From: a bacterium
GTDB lineage: Bacteria > SAR324 > NAC60-12
DNA: 64,000 nt
Reading direction: 5' to 3'
Assembly (NCBI GenBank): GCA_965209155.1
Contig: OZ242383.1
Location: 3,264,001-3,328,000 of the forward strand
Part shown: positions 1-10,220 of the stretch, in pieces
Layout of the letters: every line of letters begins with the position of its first letter
Position numbering within the stretch: the first letter of the stretch is position 1
The notes under the pieces: model-generated
Told to the model about the DNA's origin: nothing
The model's input: the letters and a program-made list of their open reading frames with translations, nothing else
Database searches by the model: none
Made by a program: the position numbers and the translations under genes

Positions 1-2142
1 GTGGTGTTGATTATCCTTGCGGACCAACTGGCCAGTGCAGCCGACCAGGCCAGTACTTCCCGGAAAACTGCTTTTCGAACAGCAACTGGTGAATTTTCAA
101 TGCCTTCGACTTTGGATATTACCTCCACCAGCGCTGGTGAAATGTTCATGGGTGCCCTGGTGCCAGGCTTGTTACTGGTGGGGTTATACGTCGTCTACAT
201 CCTCATCATGTCCTTGATTCGGCCCGCGACCGCGCCTCCTGTCCCTTATGAAGGAAAATACGACGGGCAATTCGCCTTTCGAGTGGGTATGGCTTTGGTA
301 CCTCCCCTGGCATTGATTTTTGCGGTGCTGGGATCCATTATTTTGGGTGTGGCGACGGTCAACCAAGCAGGCGCCATTGGTGCGGTTGGAGCCATGATCA
401 TGGGAGGATACCGGCTCGCCTCCAAGCAACGCAACACCTATTATCCGGCAATCCTCGCCATTGTTTCGACCATCGCGCTTTTAATCGTTTTGGCATTCTT
501 TTATTTGAACATCAAGAATATAAAGAGCGTGAACGATATCATCGGAATTTTCCTGGCTTCCGTTGCCGTTCTTGGTTTAGGAATTGCCATCGTTTGGAGC
601 GGTTGGCGCATATTCAAAACCGACGATACTCTCAATGAGGTGATGATTGAAACCGCCAAAACTACCTCCATGGTTTTCATCATTCTTATAGGTGCCGCCA
701 TGCTGACTTCCGCTTTTCGCGGTTTTGGTGGAGAGGAGTTGGTCAAGGAATTTCTAGGCGACTTGCCAGGAGGATTCTGGACTCAGTTCATCGTCGTTAT
801 GATCGTGATTTTTCTCCTCGGTTTTTTTCTCGATTTCATTGAGATTTCGGTGGTGGTGGTGCCCATAGTGGCACCAATTTTATTAGCAGACCCTGCTGCA
901 AATGTGACCGCAGTATGGTTGGGTGTCATGGTAGGGTTGAATATACAAACTTCCTTCCTCACCCCACCTTTCGGTTTCGCTTTGTTCTATTTACGGGGAG
1001 TGGCGCCAGCAGTGGTGAAAACGCTGCATATCTATCGAGGAGCTGTGCCTTTCATCGGCTTACAATTGCTTGCCCTCGTAATCGTTGGTGCAACTCCCAG
1101 GATGGTGAATTACCTGCCCAATCGTATCAACCTGACTTCAGAAACGGCTCCACCTCCTATGAACCCGCGATTGCAATCTTGTATGGAGAAACAAATTTTT
1201 GCTTATTATGATGAGCAGAAAACATCTCTGAAAAACCAGATCGATACCATGCGTCGCGTCGATACCGGCTTTCTCCCACAAAATTTGCAAGAGCAATTGA
1301 CAGAAAGCCTGGACAAGGCAATGCAAACTTTTACTCGGGTGGCCGAAATTCGGGAGGCAGAAAGTGAACTTGCCGCATTTATACCCCAATACCGCCCCTT
1401 GCATCATCAAGTGCGTGACTTACAATCAGAAATTCGAGAACTGGAAAATGAGATTGAAGATCTGGAACGAAATTTGGTGCGTTTATCTCGAGAAGAACGA
1501 TCCGATAAAGTGACTGCCGATGCGATGAGGCAGAGGATCGAAATGAATCTCGTTAAAACCGGTGAGACCAAGAATAAAATTGCGCAGAAAATACCTGCAG
1601 AATGGGAAGAGGTTCGGCAACGCTTCGTGAAACTGAAAAAAACAGAACAAAAAGCACGCACTGACTATCGAAACAATGTCGATCGTTCGTATGAAACGAT
1701 AGTGGAATTGCTAAAAATCATAACTGCCGTTCCGCAACTCACTGCACTTGAAGGACAACTGGTTGACTTGCGAAAAGTGATTGCCGGTGAATCTCCTGAA
1801 AAAGCGATGGATCGTATTAAGTTGGAAGAAAGAATACTAGGCTCAGTAGCCGGCAGCAACGCAATCAAATCTAAATTGTCAAAAGCCCGCCGCGCACTGA
1901 AAGGGAAAAATCCGGAAACTGAAAAGGCATTGCATTTGCTGAATGAAGGTTTGGAGATTTTCATGAACGAAGTGGAATGGCGGCATCGAGCCTCAATGGA
2001 ATTAGCCCCCGCCTTGCAGACTTACAATAACGCTATCAAGGATTCTTTCGGTCTGCGAATGCAAAGACGACTCTCGGATGAACAAGCGGAGCTAGTCGCC
2101 CGATGTATGGCCTACCATCGCGATATTTCTTTGAATTTCTAA
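1..2142 (+). CDS. TRAP transporter large permease (DctM family) with long C-terminal helical/coiled-coil extension; 5' end lies outside the window
   Basis: Multiple TM segments and DctM-type motif QTSFLTPPFGFALFYLRG, followed by ~330 aa of charged helical sequence. Confidence 0.85.
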   Translation: MVLIILADQLASAADQASTSRKTAFRTATGEFSMPSTLDITSTSAGEMFMGALVPGLLLVGLYVVYILIMSLIRPATAPPVPYEGKYDGQFAFRVGMALVPPLALIFAVLGSIILGVATVNQAGAIGAVGAMIMGGYRLASKQRNTYYPAILAIVSTIALLIVLAFFYLNIKNIKSVNDIIGIFLASVAVLGLGIAIVWSGWRIFKTDDTLNEVMIETAKTTSMVFIILIGAAMLTSAFRGFGGEELVKEFLGDLPGGFWTQFIVVMIVIFLLGFFLDFIEISVVVVPIVAPILLADPAANVTAVWLGVMVGLNIQTSFLTPPFGFALFYLRGVAPAVVKTLHIYRGAVPFIGLQLLALVIVGATPRMVNYLPNRINLTSETAPPPMNPRLQSCMEKQIFAYYDEQKTSLKNQIDTMRRVDTGFLPQNLQEQLTESLDKAMQTFTRVAEIREAESELAAFIPQYRPLHHQVRDLQSEIRELENEIEDLERNLVRLSREERSDKVTADAMRQRIEMNLVKTGETKNKIAQKIPAEWEEVRQRFVKLKKTEQKARTDYRNNVDRSYETIVELLKIITAVPQLTALEGQLVDLRKVIAGESPEKAMDRIKLEERILGSVAGSNAIKSKLSKARRALKGKNPETEKALHLLNEGLEIFMNEVEWRHRASMELAPALQTYNNAIKDSFGLRMQRRLSDEQAELVARCMAYHRDISLNF

Positions 2143-2282
2143 GGGAAAAGCTCAGGCCTGTCAGTTATCCTTAAAGATGCGATTGACTTGCGTCTTGTTC
2201 CATGAAACAATTTTTTGTAATGCGTCAGCGTTTTCGTATGACTAATTAACAAAATGCGTATCCACCTGAACCAGGAGAGACG

Positions 2283-5200
2283 ATGAGAGCCACTGAATTC
2301 AATTTCATGGATCGCTACACAGTCTTGGAGGGTAATGTTAACTTAACCGGATTGCAGGCCTTGGTTCGTATTCCCATTGACCAAACCCGCAAAGACTGCA
2401 AAGACGGTATCAAATTGGGAACTTACGTGACCGGATACCAGGGATCGCCTTTGGGATCCATGGACACGCAATTTGGGCGGGTTTCATCTTTGCTGGAAGA
2501 TCATCGCATTTTTTTTCATGCGGAAGTCAACGAAGATATCGCAGCAACCGCCCTCAATGGCACCCAATTACTGGAACTTCTCCCCCACGCCCATTATGAC
2601 GGTGTTCTGGGAATGTGGTTTGGTAAAGGTCCCGGAGTGGACCGCACGGGGGACGCCTTTCGTCATAATAATTTCACGGGGACCAGCAAATATGGTGCCG
2701 TGCTCACCCTTGCCGGTGACGATCCCTCTTGTAAAAGTTCAACCATCCCCAGCGATACCACTCCCAGTTTGTATGACCTTGGCATTCCCGTGCTTTTTCC
2801 GGGAAATCAACAGGAAATCCTTGAATTGGGTTTGAAAGGTATCGGACTATCTCGATACACGGGATTGTGGACGGGCCTCAAGGTGGTCACGGACGTAGCG
2901 GACAGTGGGTCCATTGTGGAAATTTATCCGGAACAAGCCCTGCAACTCATCCCGGCCTTTGAAATCGCTGGCAAACCCTTCCAAAAACTTCAGACGCTGA
3001 AACTGGTTGGAGCCATGAGCCTGGAATCAGAAAGGCAGCTCTTCTATGAGAAAACAGAGGCCGCAAAAGCGTACGTTTATGAGAATGAGATTGATAAAAT
3101 CATCTTACGCACCGCAAACGATCGCATCGGGATCGTTTCATTCGGAAAAAGTTATTACGACTTGAAGGATGCCCTTAACTTGCTGGGACTGGACGATCGA
3201 GCGTTACAGGATATGGGAATCCGACTCTATAAAATGGGTATGATTGCTCCAGTCGAACCCAATCGATTGCGGGAATTCGCGGAAGGTCTGGACGAGATCG
3301 TGATAGTTGAAGAAAAACGCGGATTCACCGAGATGCTGATCCGCAATGAATTGTACTCGCTTCCCCACCCACCCCGGATCTATGGAAAGAGAGACCACCG
3401 GGATCAAGTTATGTTTCATGCGCAGGGTGAATTGAAAGTCAGCGAAATCGTCATGGTTTTGACCCGTTTTCTGGCAGACAGGTATCCCGGGATGGAATTA
3501 TCTTCCAGGGCAGCCAAAATCTCGGAAATCCAGTCTCGCGACTATGAGGACGTTATGCCCAGAATCCCTTATTTTTGTAGCGGATGCCCTCACAGTACTT
3601 CGACGGTCAATCCTGAAGGCGAAATTGGAGGGGCCGGCATTGGTTGCCACGCCATGGCCATTTGGATGGGAAGAGGACTCGAGTTCATCACTCATATGGG
3701 AGGAGAAGGGGCCAACTGGATTGGCCTTTCCAGATTCACTGAGAAAGAACATTTTTTTCAAAACATCGGCGATGGTACGTATTTTCATTCCGGCAGCAAA
3801 GCCATCGAAGCTTGTATCAATGCCGGAGTCAATATCACTTTCAAAATTCTATACAATTCGGCAGTGGCAATGACCGGCGGTCAAAAGGTCTCCGGTGGGC
3901 TGGATCCCACGTCTCTGGCGCGGAAGCTGGAATGGGAAGGGGTGCGCAAAATCACCATAGTTACGGAACTTCCCGAAAAATATCCCCAAAAACAAATCAG
4001 CAAGAAAATCAATGTCGTTCCTAAAGCGCAATATCCTCTTGTTGTTGAAGCAATGAAAGCCGTCAAAGGGGTCAGCGTGCTGATTTACGACCAGCAATGC
4101 GCTGCGGAAAAACGGAGAGATCGTAAACACGGAAGATTGGAAATTCCCCGCAAACGCGTAGTGATCAATGAAGCCGTCTGTGAAGGATGCGGAGACTGTG
4201 GCGTGCAATCAAATTGCCTTTCCGTCATTCCGGTTGAGACGGAATATGGAAGGAAGACACGGATTCACCAGTCTTCCTGCAATTTTGATTATTCTTGTTT
4301 GCAAGGAGATTGTCCGTCATTCATGACAGTGGAACTGGAGGAAGGCGCGGAACGCATTACCAAATCGAGTTCCATTCAAAAAGTGGAAATCAATACGCTG
4401 GCAGCACCAGAAATTCTGGCAGAATACCAAACACCTTATCGCATCCTGATGGTTGGAATTGGAGGTACCGGAGTGGTGACAGCCAGTGCGATCCTGGTGG
4501 CAGCCGCGCACTTGCAGGGAAAATACGCATCCCATCTTGATCAAACCGGACTCGCTCAAAAAGGAGGGGCCGTAACAGCCAATATCAGCATTTCCGAGCA
4601 GCCTTTTGAATCATCTTTCCGTATCCCTTCCGGACAAACCGACTTATTGCTGGCATTCGATTTTCTCGCATCCGTCTCGCCGGACAATCTTGATCGATTG
4701 CACGCCAGTCGTACCATTGCCATCGTCAATTCTCATCAAACCGATACCGCGTTGACCATTACGGATACGACAACACCTTTTCCCAAACATTCTTTTCTAC
4801 AGCATCAATTGAACCGACATACAAAAGCCGGAAGGAATCTTTTTGTGGATGCCAATCGGATTTCAGAAATTTTATTTGCGACGGAGCAATCCAACAATAT
4901 ATTTATGCTTGGAATTGCTTACCAAGAGGGAGTCATTCCGCTCGATGCTCAATACATAGAAGCTGCCATTGAAGGCAATGGAGTTGCCGTAGAACGAAAT
5001 ATCAACGCATTCCGCTGGGGCAGGAAATACGCGATGGATCCCGAGTATGCCCAAACCATTCTCTTTCAGGACGCAACGAAATCCAAATCTGCCAAAGCCG
5101 TTGCCGTGGAGAAACTTCAAAAATATGCGCCAAGCCACTCGGCTGCTATGGAAGTATTAGCTGAGCAGTTTCCCGGAAACAAGGCTTTGCTTGACATCCT

Positions 5201-5867
5201 TTATCCTCGCGTATCGGACTTGATCCTCTATCAGAATCCCGGATATGCTCAACGTTACCTGAACACCGTCAAAGTGGTACACCAAGCGGAAATCAGTCAA
5301 TTATCCGCAGGTATGAACCAATCCGACGAGACGCTATTCACTGCGACCGTGGCCAAATGGCTCTTTAAACTGATGGCTTACAAGGATGAATATGAAGTGG
5401 CTCGTTTGTGGACACAGACCCCTGCAGTGGAAAATGCGAAAAAGGGCTATCAAGGCCATGTCAAAGTCTCCATCCATCTCCATCCTCCCATACTTCGTCA
5501 GTTGGGTTTAAAAAATAAGCTCACTATGGGACCCTGGGTTTTTCCATTCCTGAAAATATTAACCCGTTTCAAATTTTTAAGAGGTTCGTCATGGGATCCA
5601 TTTGGCCGGGCGAAGGTACGCAAAGCGGAATCCGCTCTGATTCCATGGTATGAAAATCTGGTGCGACGACTGCTTGCCGCCTTGACTGTGGAGACGTTGC
5701 AAAATGCCGTCGTTATTGCTTCTCTTCCTGATAATATCCGTGGATACGAAGAGATTAAAATGGAAAGTATCCAAAAAACCCGAAAAGAAGCTGACGAGAA
5801 ATTAAAACGCTTTCTTTTAAGCGGAAATCAGTCGGCAACAACTGAAGAAAAGGAAAGGGTCATCTGA
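2283..5867 (+). CDS. Indolepyruvate ferredoxin oxidoreductase family protein (fused alpha/beta)
   Basis: GYQGSPLG, TPP-region FCSGCPH and GIGCH, ferredoxin motif CEGCGDC, GIGGTGVVT, LMAYKDEYEVARL; SD AGGAG upstream. Confidence 0.9.
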   Translation: MRATEFNFMDRYTVLEGNVNLTGLQALVRIPIDQTRKDCKDGIKLGTYVTGYQGSPLGSMDTQFGRVSSLLEDHRIFFHAEVNEDIAATALNGTQLLELLPHAHYDGVLGMWFGKGPGVDRTGDAFRHNNFTGTSKYGAVLTLAGDDPSCKSSTIPSDTTPSLYDLGIPVLFPGNQQEILELGLKGIGLSRYTGLWTGLKVVTDVADSGSIVEIYPEQALQLIPAFEIAGKPFQKLQTLKLVGAMSLESERQLFYEKTEAAKAYVYENEIDKIILRTANDRIGIVSFGKSYYDLKDALNLLGLDDRALQDMGIRLYKMGMIAPVEPNRLREFAEGLDEIVIVEEKRGFTEMLIRNELYSLPHPPRIYGKRDHRDQVMFHAQGELKVSEIVMVLTRFLADRYPGMELSSRAAKISEIQSRDYEDVMPRIPYFCSGCPHSTSTVNPEGEIGGAGIGCHAMAIWMGRGLEFITHMGGEGANWIGLSRFTEKEHFFQNIGDGTYFHSGSKAIEACINAGVNITFKILYNSAVAMTGGQKVSGGLDPTSLARKLEWEGVRKITIVTELPEKYPQKQISKKINVVPKAQYPLVVEAMKAVKGVSVLIYDQQCAAEKRRDRKHGRLEIPRKRVVINEAVCEGCGDCGVQSNCLSVIPVETEYGRKTRIHQSSCNFDYSCLQGDCPSFMTVELEEGAERITKSSSIQKVEINTLAAPEILAEYQTPYRILMVGIGGTGVVTASAILVAAAHLQGKYASHLDQTGLAQKGGAVTANISISEQPFESSFRIPSGQTDLLLAFDFLASVSPDNLDRLHASRTIAIVNSHQTDTALTITDTTTPFPKHSFLQHQLNRHTKAGRNLFVDANRISEILFATEQSNNIFMLGIAYQEGVIPLDAQYIEAAIEGNGVAVERNINAFRWGRKYAMDPEYAQTILFQDATKSKSAKAVAVEKLQKYAPSHSAAMEVLAEQFPGNKALLDILYPRVSDLILYQNPGYAQRYLNTVKVVHQAEISQLSAGMNQSDETLFTATVAKWLFKLMAYKDEYEVARLWTQTPAVENAKKGYQGHVKVSIHLHPPILRQLGLKNKLTMGPWVFPFLKILTRFKFLRGSSWDPFGRAKVRKAESALIPWYENLVRRLLAALTVETLQNAVVIASLPDNIRGYEEIKMESIQKTRKEADEKLKRFLLSGNQSATTEEKERVI

Positions 5868-5935
5868 AACGAGGATATTCCTGTTATTGAAGATTTATGT
5901 CGAACTCGGGTTACTTTCAGATACGTGTCCCCTTG

Positions 5936-6178
5936 TCAAGCAACGGATTGCCAGGTTTTTCCCTGAAAGATAATCTGCGGGTCTTTGGATTTGAGGGGGA
6001 GAGGATGGTTACGGGCTTTCAGAGATACCAGGTACTCCTCTATGGCCATCGGGGCCTGTTGTAAGCAGTCTTCGAGAGAAAAACCGCTGCCTCCAAACCC
6101 ATCCAGATCGGGCGAGGAAAAGCAAAAACGCCCGGTAACTTCGTCTTTTTCAATGATCAAAGTATAGTTCAATTCCAT
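5936..6178 (-). CDS. HicB-like antitoxin family protein (orphan)
   Basis: YTLIIEKD...SPDLDGFGGSGFSLEDC fits the HicB N-terminal pattern. Confidence 0.65.
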   Translation of the reverse strand: MELNYTLIIEKDEVTGRFCFSSPDLDGFGGSGFSLEDCLQQAPMAIEEYLVSLKARNHPLPLKSKDPQIIFQGKTWQSVA

Positions 6179-6199
6179 TCTGAACTCATTTTACGGTTC

Positions 6200-7267
6200 T
6201 CAGAAGAGCTTTGATATTTGATTGATGGCAGTGCGCTCGTCTTCGGCATCAATAATTGCTTGGTAGGTATAGCCCTTCATGCTATTGGCATATCTCTTAT
6301 CGTAATATTCCTCCAGCATGAACCTGAAGAATTTTTTATATCTTTTGTGCTCCAACCATTTGACTAGTTCCTCCACCTGTTTTTTCCCCAACAAGTGAGT
6401 CAACCTGATCGTTTTCCTGATCAACTGATGGTGATCCTCCGTGGTTTGAGGCAGGTAATCTCTGGCGATTCGTTTCACCCGAGTTTCAATAGAAGCCGTC
6501 AGCAAAATGCGCTTACCGACTTTCATTTTTTCAAACAGAAGGTGAGGGATGGTGACATTTCCGATTCGCCGACTCTCACCTTCAAGAAAAATGGGTAAGT
6601 TCTCTATAAGACTGTCCCAAGCTTCCAACAAACGGGCTTCAAAAGTTCTGGTCGACACAGGCTTTTTACCAATGTCTCCGAAAACGGAACTGCGATGTTG
6701 GGCTAAGTCCTCAAAATCAATGGAATTTTTCAGTTTTTGCAGAATTCTGGTCTTTCCTACGCCAGTCAAACCATGCAAGACATAGAGAGGCGTAGGGAAA
6801 GTGAGGCGCTCCAATCGGGTTATATTCCAGTTTCTGAATCGTTTGTAACCACCTTCCAGGACCATATTGTCATATTGAAGCATGGCAAAAATATTGGCGA
6901 TAATACGAGAACGCATCCCGCCTCGTGCGCAAAATATCAGAAAGGGACGTGAGGCGGGAATCGCTTGTAGAGATTCCAGTATTTCCGGCCAACTGTGCCG
7001 CAATTGGTCATAACCTGCGGCCACAGCTCTTTCTTGCCCGAATGCTCGATAGAGCGTGCCAATTTGGTGATGCTGCGTTTGCGATAGCAGGGGGAAGTTG
7101 ATCGCTCCCGGAATGGTACCTGCAGCGAATTCATCCGGAGTACGTACGTCGATCAACTGGAATGATTTGCGACGTCCCCAAAGTTCTTCAATGGTAACAG
7201 AAGTAACCGGAGTCGTATGAAGATCTTCACGAAATGCTACCCCCTTGACTTTCATTCCGAACATCAT
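6200..7267 (-). CDS. mnmH: tRNA 2-selenouridine synthase
   Basis: Rhodanese domain (IDVRTPDEF, CARGGMRS) plus P-loop GLTGVGKT, DFEDLAQHRSSVFG and EGESRRIG. Confidence 0.9.
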   Translation of the reverse strand: MMFGMKVKGVAFREDLHTTPVTSVTIEELWGRRKSFQLIDVRTPDEFAAGTIPGAINFPLLSQTQHHQIGTLYRAFGQERAVAAGYDQLRHSWPEILESLQAIPASRPFLIFCARGGMRSRIIANIFAMLQYDNMVLEGGYKRFRNWNITRLERLTFPTPLYVLHGLTGVGKTRILQKLKNSIDFEDLAQHRSSVFGDIGKKPVSTRTFEARLLEAWDSLIENLPIFLEGESRRIGNVTIPHLLFEKMKVGKRILLTASIETRVKRIARDYLPQTTEDHHQLIRKTIRLTHLLGKKQVEELVKWLEHKRYKKFFRFMLEEYYDKRYANSMKGYTYQAIIDAEDERTAINQISKLF

Positions 7268-7366
7268 GGTTGGAATCTCCTTCCTCCCCGCTCCCCACTC
7301 TCCAGTGGCGGGGCCGAAACCCCGCCTTTCCTTCTGGCACAGGTCAGTTGTCGATTCGAATGGTAT

Positions 7367-9139
7367 CTAATAACCCATTTCTTGCTTCAGTTCCTGATCA
7401 ATCCAGATGCGGGCGTGCACACGGTGATAGTCGATCACCCCCAACTGATTTTCCCCGTTAAACCCTTTGAGCCAGGGCTGGACCACGACAAACGATGGGC
7501 TGATAGGACCCCAGACAAGCCACGCATTTTCGATCCCATACCAATCGGCCTCTCTCGTCAGCCTCTGCTGCTCCTCAAAGGTGGTTGCGGCTGCAGCGGC
7601 ATCAACGATGGCATCATAATCCGGGTCCATAGTTCCGCCGTAGTTGCAGCAATCGTTCCCAGCCCTCGATGAGTGATTCATTGATATGGGGTTCATATTG
7701 CCCCAGGCAACGCCCTGAATCGCCGTGACCATCCCTTCATAATCACCACTTCTGATTAAACCGAACAGACCGGATCGGTCGACGAGCCTCGTCTCTACTT
7801 CAACGCCAATCTCTCTGAAGTATTGATTGGCAATTTCATAGTAGTTCAAATCGAAGGGGGTGTAGTGGTGGTAGACTGTCTTGAAACCATTGGGATAGCC
7901 CGCTTCCGCCAGCAGTTTCTTCGCCCCTTCGGGATCATACTGATGGTATTGTTTGATCTCTTCGGGCCACTCTGCAAAGGGGATGAAACTCCCCGGGGTT
8001 CTCTGCCACCCCATCGGGGTATACAGCGACGTCCCCTTATAGTAGGTATTGTTGATGGTCTCCAGGTCCAGGGCCATCTGCATCGCCCGGCGCACCCGGA
8101 TGTCATCAAAGGGCGGCTTTTTCAGGTTCAGACCAAGAGAGGTCTCCGACCGATTATACCAATAGGACATCACCAATTCGGGGTTGGTCTTCTGGAGACT
8201 ATCAATCTGGTCACGCGACGCTATTGACCCTTGTTCGTACACACCCGTATAATCAATTTTACGGGAGCGCAGCGCCGCTATAATGGTTGCTTCATCCGGG
8301 AAGATCCTGACAATCACCTCGTCCACATAGGGCAGTTGGTTCTCCGGGTATCTTTCGTCGTGGCCCCAGTAGTCCGGATTCTTGGTATAGTGCAGAGAGC
8401 TGCCCTCGACCCAGTCCGCCATCTCGAAGGGCCCGGTGCCGACCAGGTTCCTCCAATTCTTCACGTCGCCGTGTTCTTTGATGACCTCGGGGGGCATTAT
8501 GCTGGTTACCCAGTGGCTTAATAGCTTAGAGAGCGCATCGAGGTTTGGCTGCTTCAGTTTAAAAACAACTGTCCCATCGTCGGTGGCCGTTACCGAATCC
8601 CAGGGCAAACCGACAAAATCGCCGGCACCTTGCATCGTTTCGGTGAATCCGCTGCCCAGACCCAAGATGCGGTGAAAGTGAAATTCGACGTCCTTGACCG
8701 TCATTTCTCTCCCATTCATCGGTGCCTTATTATGCCAGCGCACGTCTTGGCGAATGTGGAAGATGATCGTAGTGGCGTCGGGTGTCTCCCAGCTTTCGGC
8801 CAGCTGCCCTCTGAGGGGAGCGGCCGCCGAGACGTCTGATGTGTGGTCCCATATATTCTGATCTACTGCCCAGTCTGCGACACCGAGCCTGTCCAGAACA
8901 GCGCTTAGCGGGACTGCCGACGAAGCACTCCCGAACCAGATGTCCGTATGCGGCGGCTCGAACTTCCCGGAGAGGGTGAATGTCCCGCCATATCGTGGGG
9001 CCTGCACCATTTCACCGGTTGCAGGGTCTTGCACCATCTCTTGCGCGATTGCGCCTGAGGGGACGACCCAGCAGACAGCCACCATCAGGATGAGGGTTAA
9101 CAACAATGATTGCATTTTTCTTGTTTTACTTTTTTCCAT
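7367..9139 (-). CDS. Family-5 (peptide/nickel-type) ABC substrate-binding protein, paralog 1 (solo, no sigma or permease)
   Basis: Signal peptide, LAESWE, VGTGPF, KNPDYWG, PFDDIRVRRAMQMA; start placed at ATG 9139 behind SD AAGGAGG. Confidence 0.88.
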   Translation of the reverse strand: MEKSKTRKMQSLLLTLILMVAVCWVVPSGAIAQEMVQDPATGEMVQAPRYGGTFTLSGKFEPPHTDIWFGSASSAVPLSAVLDRLGVADWAVDQNIWDHTSDVSAAAPLRGQLAESWETPDATTIIFHIRQDVRWHNKAPMNGREMTVKDVEFHFHRILGLGSGFTETMQGAGDFVGLPWDSVTATDDGTVVFKLKQPNLDALSKLLSHWVTSIMPPEVIKEHGDVKNWRNLVGTGPFEMADWVEGSSLHYTKNPDYWGHDERYPENQLPYVDEVIVRIFPDEATIIAALRSRKIDYTGVYEQGSIASRDQIDSLQKTNPELVMSYWYNRSETSLGLNLKKPPFDDIRVRRAMQMALDLETINNTYYKGTSLYTPMGWQRTPGSFIPFAEWPEEIKQYHQYDPEGAKKLLAEAGYPNGFKTVYHHYTPFDLNYYEIANQYFREIGVEVETRLVDRSGLFGLIRSGDYEGMVTAIQGVAWGNMNPISMNHSSRAGNDCCNYGGTMDPDYDAIVDAAAAATTFEEQQRLTREADWYGIENAWLVWGPISPSFVVVQPWLKGFNGENQLGVIDYHRVHARIWIDQELKQEMGY

Positions 9140-9626
9140 GGTTCCTCCTTTTTTACTTTGATTTTGCTTTTCATTGGATTTTGAATTTGACTCGTTTCGC
9201 ATTTCATATTTTTCCTTATTCAAGAAGTTAAAACATATGATTGAATTACGTCTTATGGCAGCTACTTTCATTTCTCCTGAGTCACGAATTCCAGTGTCCT
9301 TCCGCTCCCCCACTCCCCGCTTTCACGGGGTCAAGCTCTGCGGAAATGGCAAAGGGTGTCAGTCAGTGATGATGAATTCAATGATTGACAAGAATTCGTT
9401 CCTCTCGAGATCATAAAAAAAATAGGAAAGAGTTAAAAAATAACCGGGGAGGAGGAATTGCTTTCACATGATTTGATTCCCTTCCCTTCTTTCCAAAACT
9501 GATCCAGAAACTATATGCGAAATATATATTTGTCAAGCATTTTCACTTAAATTTTTTTCATTTTTTTGAGTTGAAATGCAGGTTACTGGTATTGTTGAGG
9601 ATTGGTAAGATGTAACGATTCTTTTT

Positions 9627-10213
9627 TAATTAATCTCATTAAACCACCAGCTCTGCTGGTGCGAACCTAATAGGCTTTGCCGGTCAGACATGAGAAACGT
9701 AACCGTGTCCGTTAGCCGTGCTCGTGCTCGTGCTCGTGAACGAAAAAGGCTGCCATGTTAGATCATGAAAAACTCGATGTAAACCAATGTTCCATCGAAT
9801 TTTTAGCGTTATCTGTCCAAGTCATCGAAACATTGCCAAAAGGATACTCAGCCTGAGTTGACCAACTGAAAAGGGCTTCATGGTCGATTCCTCTCAATAT
9901 CGCAGAAGGCTGTGGAAAAAATTCCTTTCCTGACAAGCAACGATTCTATGCATTTGCCCGAGGTTCCGCAATGGAATGCGCTGCTATTCTCGATGTTTTA
10001 AACGTGTTGAAGATCATCCAGCCTCCTTTATTTGACGAAGGGAAACAGTTACTTCATCGCATTGTTTCTATGTTAACCAAAATGTGCAGTCGAATTCACT
10101 GACCGTTCACGAGCACGAGCACGGCTAACGGACACGGATACGTTTCTCATGTCTGACCGGCAAAGCCTATTAGGTTCGCACCAGCAGAGCTGGTGGTTTA
10201 CTGAGATTAATTA
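9627..10213. mobile_element. Four-helix-bundle mini-element, copy 1, bounded by ~110-116 bp inverted repeats
   Basis: 9627-9742 is the near-perfect reverse complement of 10104-10213 (2 mismatches and one extra GTGCTC unit). Confidence 0.8.
9755..10102 (+). pseudogene. Four helix bundle protein (23S rRNA IVS protein-like), nonsense at codon 34
   Basis: Near-identical to 11250-11597 but TTA>TGA at 9854-9856. Confidence 0.85.
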
Positions 10214-10220
10214 TTGAATT

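Noticed and set aside
9854..9856. In-frame TGA as selenocysteine, given the nearby selenouridine synthase
   Set aside because: The other two copies have Leu (TTA) here, not Cys; a plain nonsense mutation or sequencing error is more likely
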